DNA of 64,000 nt from Myxococcales bacterium. GTDB lineage: Bacteria; Myxococcota_A; Polyangia; Polyangiales; Houyiibacteriaceae. The position numbers and the translations under genes are program-made. A model generated the notes under the pieces. It was not told the DNA's origin. It was given only the letters and a program-made list of their open reading frames with translations, and made no database searches. Positions within the stretch are counted from its first letter, which is position 1; every line of letters begins with the position of its first letter. The stretch spans positions 456-64,455 of the forward strand of contig JAHEEE010000145.1 of assembly GCA_024640845.1 (NCBI GenBank). The letters are read 5' to 3'. Below, one piece after another: positions 34,925 through 44,377 of the stretch.

Positions 34925-35974
34925 CTACTGATTGTTCCAGGCAACCATGCCGCCGCGCATCGAAGCGATGCGCTTGAAGCCGAGCTTCTCCAGCTCGAGC
35001 GCAACTCGGCCGGAGCGCCGCCCGGAGCGGCAGATCGTGATGACTGGGATCTCCTTGTCCCAGGCCTTCGAGGCTTCATCCACGGTGCCCATCGGAACGA
35101 CGTCCACCCCGTCGATCTTCCCGTCGGACTCGGCTTCGTCGATCTCCCGCACGTCCACCATTCGGACGGCCCCCTTGTTCTCGGCCACCCAAGCGACAGA
35201 GACTTCCGGGATGCCCTCGGGGCTCCGCTCGATCGCGGCCCAACCGCGCTCAGGGAGCGGATCGCCGGACATCGAGCTCGGCGGCACTACGCCCGCGTGG
35301 AGATTGGCGGGCACCGCGATGCTGAGCTTCTTTGGTGCCGGCAGATGCAGATTGTCCATGATGCTAGCGAACTCTTCCTCGGTCTTTCCGTCACCGACCC
35401 GAGGGTTGTGCCGCTTCTCCTCGCCAACGGTCGATGACGTCATCCCACGGTAGTCGTGCGCGGGACAGATGATCGTGTCGTCGGGGAGAGTGAAGATCTT
35501 GTCATGGATGGAGCGGTAGAGCGTCTGTGCGCTGCCTTGCTGAAAGTCGGTTCGTCCGGTCCCACGAACGAACAATGCGTCGCCGGTGAACGCGTATTTG
35601 TGATCGCTCGTCACGAAGGTCACGCAACCATCGGTGTGGCCCGGCGTCGTCCGCACCTCGAGCTCGAGGTTACCGAACTTCAGTCGGTCCCCATCTTTCA
35701 CAGCGACATCCACGCCTTCCGCACCGGCGGCCGCGCTCATCACCACCTTGCAGCCGACGCGTTTTCGCAACATGCCAGCGCCCGTGATGTGATCTGCGTG
35801 AGCGTGTGTGTCGAGCGTGTAGACCAGCGTCAACCCCAGCTCGCTCAGAAGCTTGAGGTCGCGCTCGACTTGGTCGATGACGGGGTCGATCAGGACCGCC
35901 TCGCCCGTCTCCTCGTCGCCGAGGAGGTACGTGTAGGTCCATGTTTCGTGATCGAAGAGCTGACGAAGTAACAT
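34925..35974 (-). CDS. Persulfide dioxygenase (ETHE1-type metallo-beta-lactamase) fused to a rhodanese domain
   Basis: ATG at 35974 (MLLRQLFDHETWTYTYLL). THAHADH metal motif. C-terminal rhodanese loop CRSGRRS. Confidence 0.85.
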   Translation of the reverse strand: MLLRQLFDHETWTYTYLLGDEETGEAVLIDPVIDQVERDLKLLSELGLTLVYTLDTHAHADHITGAGMLRKRVGCKVVMSAAAGAEGVDVAVKDGDRLKFGNLELEVRTTPGHTDGCVTFVTSDHKYAFTGDALFVRGTGRTDFQQGSAQTLYRSIHDKIFTLPDDTIICPAHDYRGMTSSTVGEEKRHNPRVGDGKTEEEFASIMDNLHLPAPKKLSIAVPANLHAGVVPPSSMSGDPLPERGWAAIERSPEGIPEVSVAWVAENKGAVRMVDVREIDEAESDGKIDGVDVVPMGTVDEASKAWDKEIPVITICRSGRRSGRVALELEKLGFKRIASMRGGMVAWNNQ

Positions 35975-36104
35975 GAGTCGCCTCCCGGAGTGCTTGCCGG
36001 CGCCGCCTGCGCCCGGCCTAAGTCCCTGAAATAACAGCACTCATACGCCTCTGCAAACACCGCTCCGAGAAAGCACTGGCAGTCGGGCGCGCCTGCTGCT
36101 TTGT

Positions 36105-36545
36105 ATGGCCCTCATGGAGTCATTTACACCCATCGCGTCCACGCTTGGAGGCGTTTTGATCGGCATCGCGGCCGCGGGCTTGCTGATGTTCCACGGACGG
36201 ATCGCGGGCATTAGCGGAATCGCCGGCGGCATCTTTCGTCGCGAGCCAGGCGACATCTCGTGGCGCGTCATGTTCTTGGTCGGCCTGTTCGCCGCGGGCG
36301 TTGTCTGGAGCTACTTCCGACCGCTGGACTATGCATTCGAAATCGAGCGGTCGACCCTCGCGCTCGTGATCGCAGGCCTCGCCGTCGGAATAGGCACCCA
36401 GCTCGGCAGCGGCTGCACGAGTGGTCACGGGGTCTGCGGCATCGGGCGTCTTTCGAAGCGTTCCACCGTCGCGACGATCACGTTCATGGCGACTGCTGCC
36501 GCGACCGTATTCGTCGTCAACGAAGTGCTCGGAGGCGCGATATGA
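36105..36545 (+). CDS. YeeE/YedE-family sulfur-compound transporter, half 1
   Basis: [12 protein letters not shown] motif. 4 TM helices. Confidence 0.8.
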   Translation: MALMESFTPIASTLGGVLIGIAAAGLLMFHGRIAGISGIAGGIFRREPGDISWRVMFLVGLFAAGVVWSYFRPLDYAFEIERSTLALVIAGLAVGIGTQLGSGCTSGHGVCGIGRLSKRSTVATITFMATAAATVFVVNEVLGGAI

Positions 36546-37015
36546 AGGTCAAGGTCGGCGCGTTCCTCGGAGGCCTGGTGTTTGGCATCGGTCTCGTGAT
36601 TTCCGGGATGACGCAGCCCGCGAAGATCGTGGGCTTCTTCGATTTCTTTGGCAGCTGGGACCCGAGCCTTGCGTTCGTCATGCTTGGCGCGACCGCGGTG
36701 TACACGCCTGTGTACCGTTGGGCGGTGCGCACCTGGCAACGACCGATTTGGGCCCCTGCGTTTTCGCTGCCGACACGCAAGGATATCGACTGGCGTCTGA
36801 TCAGCGGCTCGGCGGTATTCGGCGTTGGCTGGGGGCTCGGCGGATATTGCCCAGGACCCGCGTTCACATCGCTTGGCGCCGGGTCACGTGAGGCCTTCAC
36901 TTTTGGCGCCGCGATGTTAGTCGGCGTGGGTGCGTATCAGCTTTTCATGAAAGCTCGTGAGGGTCGCACCGGTGGACCGGTCGACCCGCAAGCCGCCGCC
37001 ATGATCGACGGATGA
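36542..37015 (+). CDS. YeeE/YedE-family transporter, half 2
   Basis: ATG at 36542 overlaps the upstream stop (ATGA). Hydrophobic, with ...[12 protein letters not shown]... motif. Confidence 0.75.
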   Translation: MKVKVGAFLGGLVFGIGLVISGMTQPAKIVGFFDFFGSWDPSLAFVMLGATAVYTPVYRWAVRTWQRPIWAPAFSLPTRKDIDWRLISGSAVFGVGWGLGGYCPGPAFTSLGAGSREAFTFGAAMLVGVGAYQLFMKAREGRTGGPVDPQAAAMIDG

Positions 37016-37076
37016 GCCCCGTAGAGCAACTTCGTCGCCACGGGGCTTCGCCCCAACAGGGCGTAGGAGGGGTTCG

Positions 37077-38873
37077 GTGCTCCCGGTAGTCGATTGGGTG
37101 CGCGGCTATCAGCGCGCCGATCTTGGCCCCGACGTGATCGCTGGCCTCACGACGGCCGTCATGCTGGTACCGCAGGCGATGGGCTATGCGCTTCTTGCGG
37201 GGCTCCCGCCGATCGTCGGACTCTACGCCTCGGTTGCGCCCTTATTGTTATACGCGGGGTTGGGCACCTCGCGGCAGTTGGCAGTCGGCCCGGTCGCGAT
37301 GGATTCGATCCTCGTCGCGGGTGCGGTCGGCGCGATCGCGACCGTTGGCGTCGAGCAGTACGTTCTCATCGCTGCCGCGCTCGGGATGATGGTCGGCGTC
37401 GTGCAAGCGGGGCTGGGGTTCTTGCGCGCGGGTTTCTTGGTGAACTTCCTGTCGCGGCCCGTCGTTGCCGGCTTCACTGCCGCTGCCGCTTTGATCATCG
37501 CGGCGAGCCAGCTCGGACATTTACTGGGGGTCGAGGTTCCCAGGACCCATCATGTGCACCGCGTCGTCTGGGAAGCGCTTCGGAGCTTCCCCGATTGGTC
37601 GTGGCCGACGCTTGCCCTCGGCGCGGGCTCGGTGATCGCACTGGTGGTCTCGAAGAAACGCTGGCCGCGTTTGCCGGCTGCGCTGGCCGTCGTCGTCGTC
37701 GCCACCCTGGTCGTATGGTCGCTGGGTTTGTCCGGACGCGGCGTCGCAATCGTTGGAGACGTGCCCGCAGGTTTGCCCGGGTTCCGGATTCCCAAGGTCG
37801 ATAGGGCGATCTTGGTTGAGCTCATTCCGGCCGCTCTGACCATCGCCCTCGTCTCGTTCATGGAGGCGATTTCGGTTGGTCGGACATTCGCACAGCAATT
37901 CCGGTACGACATCGATCCAAACCGCGAGCTGGTCGCCCTCGGCTTCGCGAATTTGGCCGGCGGCGTCACAGGAGGTTATCCGATTGCGGGCGGCTTCTCG
38001 CGAACGGCCGTCAACGTCCGGGCGGGTGCTCGCACGCAGCTTGCGGCGCTCGTCACCTGCGCGGTCGTCATCATGACGCTGCTCTTTTTGACCCAGGCAT
38101 TCTTTTATCTTCCGAAGGCCGCCCTCAGCGCGATCATCGTCGCAGCGGTCGCGGGCTTGATCGACATCCAAGGCGCCCGGGAGGTCTACCACGTCAAACG
38201 CGCGGATTTCTATCTGCTCGTGCTGACGTTCTTCGCCACCCTCTCTCTCGGTATTCAGTGGGGCATTCTCGTCGGCGTCGGAGCATCCGTGCTTCTCTTC
38301 TTGGTCCGCACGACGCGCCCCCACTTCGCTGTGCTCGGCAGGGTTCCCGAATCGCAAACGTATCTCAACGTCGCCCGTCATCCGCACGCCGAAACGCTCG
38401 AAGGCATCATCCTCGTCCGCATCGATGCGCAGTTCTACTTCGGCAATGTGAGCTTCTTGAAAGAAACCGTGCGGAGGCTCGTCGACGAGTCGGAGGCGCC
38501 GGTTCGCTACTTCGTGCTCGAAGCGGCCGGCGTCAACGATCTAGACTCGGCCGCCGCGGCGACCCTGTCCGAGCTCGATGAAGAGCTCGCAGCCCGAAAC
38601 ATCAAGCTCGTCCTGACGCGGATCAAAGGCCCCGTCCGGGATGTGCTCCACCGAACCGGTCTGCTCGACAAAATGGCCCGGGAAGGCCGTCTTTACCTCT
38701 CCACCCACCGCGCCATCGAAGTGCTGCGCTCGGGAATGGCCCTCCCAGACCTCTCCCCCGAAGGCGACGACCCAAGAGAAGACGCCGACCAAATCGGCTG
38801 CGGCATGCTCAACCCGCAAAGCCCAGAGCCTGGCCAGGATTTCTTCGCGACGTTGCGCAAGCACAAGCCCTAG
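37077..38873 (+). CDS. SulP-family anion (sulfate) permease with C-terminal STAS domain
   Basis: 598 aa. N-terminal ...GLTTAVMLVPQAMGYALLAGLPP... signature. STAS-like tail. Confidence 0.9.
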   Translation: MLPVVDWVRGYQRADLGPDVIAGLTTAVMLVPQAMGYALLAGLPPIVGLYASVAPLLLYAGLGTSRQLAVGPVAMDSILVAGAVGAIATVGVEQYVLIAAALGMMVGVVQAGLGFLRAGFLVNFLSRPVVAGFTAAAALIIAASQLGHLLGVEVPRTHHVHRVVWEALRSFPDWSWPTLALGAGSVIALVVSKKRWPRLPAALAVVVVATLVVWSLGLSGRGVAIVGDVPAGLPGFRIPKVDRAILVELIPAALTIALVSFMEAISVGRTFAQQFRYDIDPNRELVALGFANLAGGVTGGYPIAGGFSRTAVNVRAGARTQLAALVTCAVVIMTLLFLTQAFFYLPKAALSAIIVAAVAGLIDIQGAREVYHVKRADFYLLVLTFFATLSLGIQWGILVGVGASVLLFLVRTTRPHFAVLGRVPESQTYLNVARHPHAETLEGIILVRIDAQFYFGNVSFLKETVRRLVDESEAPVRYFVLEAAGVNDLDSAAAATLSELDEELAARNIKLVLTRIKGPVRDVLHRTGLLDKMAREGRLYLSTHRAIEVLRSGMALPDLSPEGDDPREDADQIGCGMLNPQSPEPGQDFFATLRKHKP

Positions 38874-38880
38874 ACGACTT

Positions 38881-38904
38881 CAGCGCCAGCGCCAGCGCCA
38901 GCGA
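38881..38904. repeat. Hexanucleotide microsatellite (CAGCGC)x3 plus one imperfect unit
   Basis: cagcgccagcgccagcgccagcga lies between two convergent stops. Confidence 0.6.
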
Positions 38905-39774
38905 TTACGCGTCGACCGCGAGGTAGATCACGTCATCACCCACTTCGACCTCGTCGTTCGGCAACACGGCGTAGCAACGCCGACTCACGCGGATCTCTGT
39001 GACGCGATCGCGGCCAACGAGCGTACCCGGCTCTAGCTCCTGGAATCCGGTCCATGGCGAGCCGAAAGCAAAGTTCTCACTTGGCTTCGTGATCGTTTCG
39101 ACCACGTGGACGGCCTTGGCCTCGTTGCCGCTGGGCTCCTGCCCATCATCAATCGCCCCCGTCGTGCGTAGGAAGCTCAATCCGATGTTGTAGGCTTTGT
39201 TTGCGATCTCAGGGTCGCCGTGGGCGCCGCATTCGACTGAGATGGCAGGGATGCCGGCGAGCTTCATGAATCCAATGATCACCTTGTCGGCGAGTCCGTA
39301 CCAGGATTGCACCAGGTACGAAATGCCGATGCGTTGTGCGATCTGGTCGATCTGCGCTTCACCGTTGCTGACGCCGAAGGCGGGCGTTGCCGTTGTCGCG
39401 GAGTGGAGGTCCAAGAAGATGTCGAGGTCGCCGAGCAGCTCTTTGAGCTCGAGGACGCGATGGTGCTCGTAGGCCCACGCCTCCTTCCGCAGCGTGTCCA
39501 TGAATGCGAAGTCCCAGAGCCGGTTCAAATCCTCGCCTTCGGGGGTATGGCGGAGGCCGAGCGAGGTAGCCACGGGGTTCGCGTGGATCAGAAAGAGCGT
39601 GCCATTTGCAGGGGCCAGCGCGCGGCTTTCGAAGTCGCCCGCGAGCCTTTGAACCGCGAGCGCGCCGCACGGCTCGTTTCCGTGCACCGAGCCGCACACG
39701 CCGGTGTAGGGGTGGGGCCAATCGGCGGAGGCCGAGATCCGCAGTACGCCTGGTTTCACTTCTTCGAGGTACAC
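38905..39774 (-). CDS. Succinylglutamate desuccinylase/aspartoacylase (AstE/AspA) family Zn hydrolase
   Basis: GSVHGNEPCG and ...FLDLHS... motifs. Start set at the GTG at 39774, 2 nt after the upstream stop. The longer ORF (to 40302) would overlap the upstream gene. Confidence 0.7.
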   Translation of the reverse strand: MYLEEVKPGVLRISASADWPHPYTGVCGSVHGNEPCGALAVQRLAGDFESRALAPANGTLFLIHANPVATSLGLRHTPEGEDLNRLWDFAFMDTLRKEAWAYEHHRVLELKELLGDLDIFLDLHSATTATPAFGVSNGEAQIDQIAQRIGISYLVQSWYGLADKVIIGFMKLAGIPAISVECGAHGDPEIANKAYNIGLSFLRTTGAIDDGQEPSGNEAKAVHVVETITKPSENFAFGSPWTGFQELEPGTLVGRDRVTEIRVSRRCYAVLPNDEVEVGDDVIYLAVDA

Positions 39775-39776
39775 AG

Positions 39777-41306
39777 CTATCTCTTGGTTTCGCGGTCCAG
39801 GACTTGCCCGGTCGTCTCGAACCAGTGGTCCGCTTCGGCGGGGCTCTTGCCGACGGCCGTGATCCCGAGCTTCCCGTGTTCGCTGAGTGCGCCAGTGAAG
39901 TGGAAGAGCACGCCCGATTCCGACCAAGTTTGATAATGCAACCCGTCGACTGCGGCAATGTCGAACAGGTCTTCGACGAGCAATCCGCGGTAGCTCTCCG
40001 CTTGCATCGAGTCCGTTGCAACGTAGAACTGCGGCTCGCCCCGCGGCGTGAGGTAGAGGCCGGTCGACGGATCGTAGCGTCCGTCGGTCATCATACGCAG
40101 CAGCATCATAGGGTGCGTCGTGCCGCCCAGCCGCAGGTTGGTTTCGATGGCGTACTGTCGCCACACGCCATCGCCGGCACGGACGCAAATGAAGTCGACG
40201 GCGAGCCGACCGACTGCCCCCTCTGACTGCAAGACTTTGGCAACGCGCTGCGCATCCTCTTGAATCGTCATCCGATAGTCGGCGTCGGCTGGAAAACGGC
40301 ACCCGGCGTAGATCTGATCATCGATGCCTTCGACGAGCTGGTCGTGCGTCGAGATCAGATCGAGGCTTCCCGTCGGCGAAATGCGGAGCTGGCAGCTCGG
40401 AGCTCGTTTGTCCGAATCCTCTACGAAGGCCTCTACGATGCCTCCCTCACGCTCGAGCTTCTCCAAGAAGGTTGCCCAGGTCTGGCGGCCGTCGACGAAT
40501 CGCATCTTTGGAAGCGCGTCGGCCACGGCTTGCTCGCGCGACTCGCGGCTCGTTCCGTGGCCCGGCGCCACGGCGGCGAGAGTCTTCAAATCGAAGATCG
40601 CGTTGCCATGCCCGCTGAAGCCGGTGTTGTGCTTCACGACGACACGCTCGAGGCCTTCTGTCTCTTGCCAAAGTCCGTCGATCGCATGCACGAGGTCGGC
40701 TTCTGACTTCAGATCTTCGGCGCCCGGAAGCAATGGCACGCCTGCTTTTCGAAATGCCCAGCGCGAGCCGCTCTTGGTCCCGAGCCACTGCAAATCGGGG
40801 TCGACGCCGTAAAGGGGGACGCCAAGTGCGACCGCGAGGCGGCGTTCGAGCTCCGACACGGTGAAACAGGTCATCAGGCCGCACTCCGGCCGGATCAGAC
40901 TACGAAGGCGCGCGATGACCCGCGGCCGCTGCAAGATCTTTTGAGAGAGCGGCATTAGCGAGCTGTCGAAGAGCGAAAGCACGGTAAGCCGTCGACGCAT
41001 GTGCTCGTTGGGAATTCCGCTCACCAACGAGAGCATGTAGTCCACCGCAGCCGGGTGAATCGGCGCCGAGCTGATGTAGATCAAGCGAGCGCGCGGATGC
41101 CGAAGCAGATTCAGCGCGAATAACATGCGCTCTTCGTAATGAATCGCCCCATCGATCGCGATGGTGTCGATTCCGTCGAACGACAGCGAAGGCACCACCA
41201 CGATGTCGCGCGGTTCGGGTCCATCGCCGTCGGCCAATGCCCAACGCGGCCCAAGGTGGGATTGGAGCTCGCGAAATGCATTCATTTCGTCGGCATCGCC
41301 ACCCAT
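39777..41306 (-). CDS. ATP-grasp-like ligase family protein (pre-ATP-grasp N-domain type)
   Basis: ATG at 41306 preceded by AGGAG. 509 aa. The central region resembles an ATP-grasp fold (…VVKHNTGFSGHGN…). The call is tentative. Confidence 0.6.
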   Translation of the reverse strand: MGGDADEMNAFRELQSHLGPRWALADGDGPEPRDIVVVPSLSFDGIDTIAIDGAIHYEERMLFALNLLRHPRARLIYISSAPIHPAAVDYMLSLVSGIPNEHMRRRLTVLSLFDSSLMPLSQKILQRPRVIARLRSLIRPECGLMTCFTVSELERRLAVALGVPLYGVDPDLQWLGTKSGSRWAFRKAGVPLLPGAEDLKSEADLVHAIDGLWQETEGLERVVVKHNTGFSGHGNAIFDLKTLAAVAPGHGTSRESREQAVADALPKMRFVDGRQTWATFLEKLEREGGIVEAFVEDSDKRAPSCQLRISPTGSLDLISTHDQLVEGIDDQIYAGCRFPADADYRMTIQEDAQRVAKVLQSEGAVGRLAVDFICVRAGDGVWRQYAIETNLRLGGTTHPMMLLRMMTDGRYDPSTGLYLTPRGEPQFYVATDSMQAESYRGLLVEDLFDIAAVDGLHYQTWSESGVLFHFTGALSEHGKLGITAVGKSPAEADHWFETTGQVLDRETKR

Positions 41307-41375
41307 TGCTCCTGTATAGCACGGCGGTGCCGGATTTACTTGCGATGCGGCCGCGAGAAGTGCACAAGATCCCCC

Positions 41376-41642
41376 GTGGCTGTCGTCATCGAATTGCTCA
41401 TCCCTTTGGCCGTCGTGGGACTCATCGGTTGGGGGCTTTGGCTTTGGTACAGGCTCAAGCTCGCACGCGCTGAAGAGACCGAACGCATGCAGGAAGAGCT
41501 CACCGAGCTCCGAGCCTACAGGCGGGACACCGAGGCCCGCCTTCAGGCCCTGGAAACGATCGCGACACTCGGCGAGGGCAGGGTGCGCATCGACTACAAA
41601 GACGTGGGCGACGACGACGAGACCCGCAAGCGCCAAGGCTGA
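41376..41642 (+). CDS. Small TM + coiled-coil protein (PspB-like?)
   Basis: GTG at 41376. One TM (LLIPLAVVGLIGWGLWLWY), then a charged helix ...TEARLQALETIA... reminiscent of PspB. Ends 2 nt before the next gene. Confidence 0.35.
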   Translation: MAVVIELLIPLAVVGLIGWGLWLWYRLKLARAEETERMQEELTELRAYRRDTEARLQALETIATLGEGRVRIDYKDVGDDDETRKRQG

Positions 41643-41644
41643 CC

Positions 41645-42223
41645 ATGGCTGATATTCCGACAGACGATCGGGCGAGGGAGGGGCTGTTTGGCTTTCTCTC
41701 GCGCCGGCGGTTTTTGAAAGCGAGCCTCGTTGCCGGAGGTGCGATCCTCGGTGTGGGCGGCGGTGGATTGCTCGCGCTGAGGGGCCGTGCGCCATCGGTC
41801 GATGGCCTCCGAGTCCTCGACGATCATGAGTACCAAACGCTCGAGAGTCTGGTTCAGGTCATGCTTCCGGCGACTGACGAGATCCCCATCGATGCGGCAT
41901 CGATGGATCTTCCTCGCGCATTCGACGCGTTTCTCACTGGCGAGCCCGAGCACAACGTGAGGGATCTTCGCAAGGCGCTGGTGCTGGTCGAGTTCGGCCC
42001 TCTCGTGTTCGACAAGAAGATCACCACCTTCTCGCGCCTTCCGGTCGATGAGCGCACCGAGCATTGGAATAGCTGGGGAACGAGCGATCGCTTGCTTCAG
42101 CGGCAAGTCAGCATCGCGATGCGGAAGTTCTTCAATCTGGTGTACTTCGATCACGAGAGAGTGTGGCCCTATATCGGCTACCCCGGTCCGTCCCTGAAGC
42201 GCCAGCGAGGAGTTACCCCATGA
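41645..42223 (+). CDS. Tat-signal small subunit of a GMC-type dehydrogenase (gluconate 2-dehydrogenase subunit-3-like)
   Basis: Twin-arginine motif SRRRFLKASL. Translationally coupled to the GMC oxidoreductase gene (ATGA at 42220-42223). Confidence 0.7.
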   Translation: MADIPTDDRAREGLFGFLSRRRFLKASLVAGGAILGVGGGGLLALRGRAPSVDGLRVLDDHEYQTLESLVQVMLPATDEIPIDAASMDLPRAFDAFLTGEPEHNVRDLRKALVLVEFGPLVFDKKITTFSRLPVDERTEHWNSWGTSDRLLQRQVSIAMRKFFNLVYFDHERVWPYIGYPGPSLKRQRGVTP

Positions 42224-43749
42224 CAGGGGCGATTGTAGACCTGTCGCGCGAGTCGCTTCCCGAGTCCTTTGCGACGGAGATCTTGATCATCGGCTCCGGC
42301 TCGAGCGGGGCGACGGCCGCGCGCCTCCTCGGCGAAGCAGGCCACGAGGTGGTCGTCCTCGAAGAAGGGCGCGATCTGATCGGCGCCGAGCGGACGCAAC
42401 GCGATGCGGCCATGTACGACCAGCTTTACATGGACCGCGGCGGGCGCGCTTCGCACGATCTGTCCATCAGCGTCCTCCAAGGGAGAGTGCTCGGAGGCGG
42501 AGGGGTGATCAACACCTGCGACGTGGTTCCAATCCCGGAGGGTGTGCTGAATCACTGGGCGACCAAGTATCAGCTCGAGGACTTTGCGCCGGACAAATTC
42601 GAGCCCTTCGCACGGGGCGCGCTCGAGGATCTCTCGGCAAGCCGCATTCCTGAAGACCTCATCAACGTCGCGAATGCGAAGCTTCGTCAAGGCGCTGAAG
42701 GACTTGGTCTCCGCGGCGAAGTGATGATGCACAACCGAGTCAGCTGCCGCGGTCTCGGTACCTGTCTCATCGGGTGTCCGATTCACGCGAAGCGAAATCC
42801 GCGTATGGTTGCCATCCCCAAAGCGATCGCTGCCGGTGCTCGCGTTCTGACTCGAGCGCGCGCCGTCAAGATCAGCAAGGCGAATCAGGAGGTGAAAGAA
42901 GTCGAGGTTCGTGCGCTCGATCCGCGCGGCTATCACGAGCACGGGAAATTCACGATTCGCGCCAAGATCGTCATCGTCGCGGCCAACGCCATCGGATCGG
43001 CGCAATTGCTGCTCCGTTCCGGCGTTGGGAACGGGCACGTTGGAAAGAACCTGATCCTTCAACCTCAACTTCCCATCATCGGCCTCTTCGACGAGCGCAT
43101 CGCAGCGTTCGATGGGATACCTCAGGCGTACGCGATCACGGAGTTCGAGGAAGAGGACAACCCGGAGTTCGGGCTTTGGGGCTATCGAATCGAGGCGATC
43201 ATGGGCACGCCCGGCATCGTATCCACCATGCTGCCTTTTACCGGCGCGCCCGGAATGCACGGTATGGCCCAATACGATCGAATGGCAGCGTCGCTCCTTC
43301 TCGCACCGGACCGACCCTCGGGGCAGATCGAGGTTGCGCGCGACAGAAGGCTCACGATTCGGTACGAGCAACGCCCAGACCACCAACAGCGCCTGCGGGA
43401 CGCCGCGGAAAACGCCGCCAAGGTATATCTAGAGGCAGGGGCCCGCGAAGTACTGGTCCCGACGGTCCCAGCGGTCTTCATCCGGTCGGCCAAGGAAGCA
43501 AAAAAGGCCCAAGAGATCTCGTTCGCCCCGGCAACGGCCCCGATGATCAGCGCGCATCAGCAGGGCACCGTGCGCTTTGCCGCGTCGGAGCGAGACGGCG
43601 GCGCCGATCTCGACGGCCGAGTCTACGGCACCAAAGACATCTATGTATTCGACTCGTCGGGCTATCCAACGACCGCATCCAGTCACACGATGACCCCGAT
43701 CATTTCGTCATCGAGAATGTTGACCGCGAAACTCTTGACGCGGATCTAG
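42220..43749 (+). CDS. GMC-family FAD oxidoreductase
   Basis: ILIIGSGSSGATAA dinucleotide fold. C-terminal ...HQQGTVRF... and ...DSSGYPT... GMC signatures. Confidence 0.85.
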   Translation: MTGAIVDLSRESLPESFATEILIIGSGSSGATAARLLGEAGHEVVVLEEGRDLIGAERTQRDAAMYDQLYMDRGGRASHDLSISVLQGRVLGGGGVINTCDVVPIPEGVLNHWATKYQLEDFAPDKFEPFARGALEDLSASRIPEDLINVANAKLRQGAEGLGLRGEVMMHNRVSCRGLGTCLIGCPIHAKRNPRMVAIPKAIAAGARVLTRARAVKISKANQEVKEVEVRALDPRGYHEHGKFTIRAKIVIVAANAIGSAQLLLRSGVGNGHVGKNLILQPQLPIIGLFDERIAAFDGIPQAYAITEFEEEDNPEFGLWGYRIEAIMGTPGIVSTMLPFTGAPGMHGMAQYDRMAASLLLAPDRPSGQIEVARDRRLTIRYEQRPDHQQRLRDAAENAAKVYLEAGAREVLVPTVPAVFIRSAKEAKKAQEISFAPATAPMISAHQQGTVRFAASERDGGADLDGRVYGTKDIYVFDSSGYPTTASSHTMTPIISSSRMLTAKLLTRI

Positions 43750-43754
43750 TGGGG

Positions 43755-43949
43755 TTATTCTTCTTCTACCTGTATCGATTGCGTTGGACACATCATGCAA
43801 GCATCTCGTGCCTTGTCTTCTAGGTCGGGCGGGATGTCGTATGTTTGAATCCTGAGGCTTCCGTCCTCTGCGAACGAGAAGAGCTCGGGTGCCTCCTCGC
43901 AACAAACCCCGTAGTGGTTACAGGTGGCGGAGTTGTACATGATCTTCAT
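43755..43949 (-). CDS. Small single-cluster ferredoxin
   Basis: 64 aa. C-x5-C near the N-terminus and C..CP near the C-terminus. Start overlaps the upstream stop (ATGA). Confidence 0.75.
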   Translation of the reverse strand: MKIMYNSATCNHYGVCCEEAPELFSFAEDGSLRIQTYDIPPDLEDKARDACMMCPTQSIQVEEE

Positions 43950-44377
43950 GGCTTGCTCAGTAGCTCTTGCTCTTCGTGTTCCATGTCGTCGCGGATTGCG
44001 CGGGCCAGCTCGCGAACGCCCGTGACGAGCTTCGCGCCTACCTCGGTTTCATCCAAGTCGTGAATGATGCGATCGAAAAGCTCGCGCTGCCCCTTGTGCT
44101 CTTCGAGCATCCCTCCGACAACCGCATCCCCCTTGCCATCTGTTGCCAGTGACGGGAGTTGATACTCCTCGTAGTGTAGGTGCTCGAGCAGCACCTTTCC
44201 GAGGGTTTGTAGCTCGTCACGCAGCGCCAAGACCGCTTCGGCGTCTTCCTTGCCCACGCGCTCCGTCAGGGCTTCGACACGCGCGAGCAGTGCGGAGATC
44301 TGCGCATGCTCACTTCGGATACGCGATCTGACTTCGTCCGGCGTCTCCGGCGTTTGAATGTCCGAACCGCTGTTCAT
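43946..44377 (-). CDS. Hemerythrin-like (HHE cation-binding) domain protein
   Basis: 143 aa, helical, with H/E pairs (HLHYEE, EEHKGQ, DMEHEE). Confidence 0.65.
   Translation of the reverse strand: MNSGSDIQTPETPDEVRSRIRSEHAQISALLARVEALTERVGKEDAEAVLALRDELQTLGKVLLEHLHYEEYQLPSLATDGKGDAVVGGMLEEHKGQRELFDRIIHDLDETEVGAKLVTGVRELARAIRDDMEHEEQELLSKP

Noticed and set aside
39775-40302. Upstream extension of the AstE/AspA ORF (465-aa version).
   Set aside because: It would overlap about 0.5 kb of the ATP-grasp-like gene in another frame, and the extension is Arg-rich. The conserved hydrolase sequence begins right after the GTG at 39774.
41307-41795. Upstream extension of the ATP-grasp-like ORF (672-aa version).
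   Set aside because: The extension overlaps two better-supported plus-strand genes (41376-41642 and 41645-42223). The ATG at 41306 has an AGGAG RBS.
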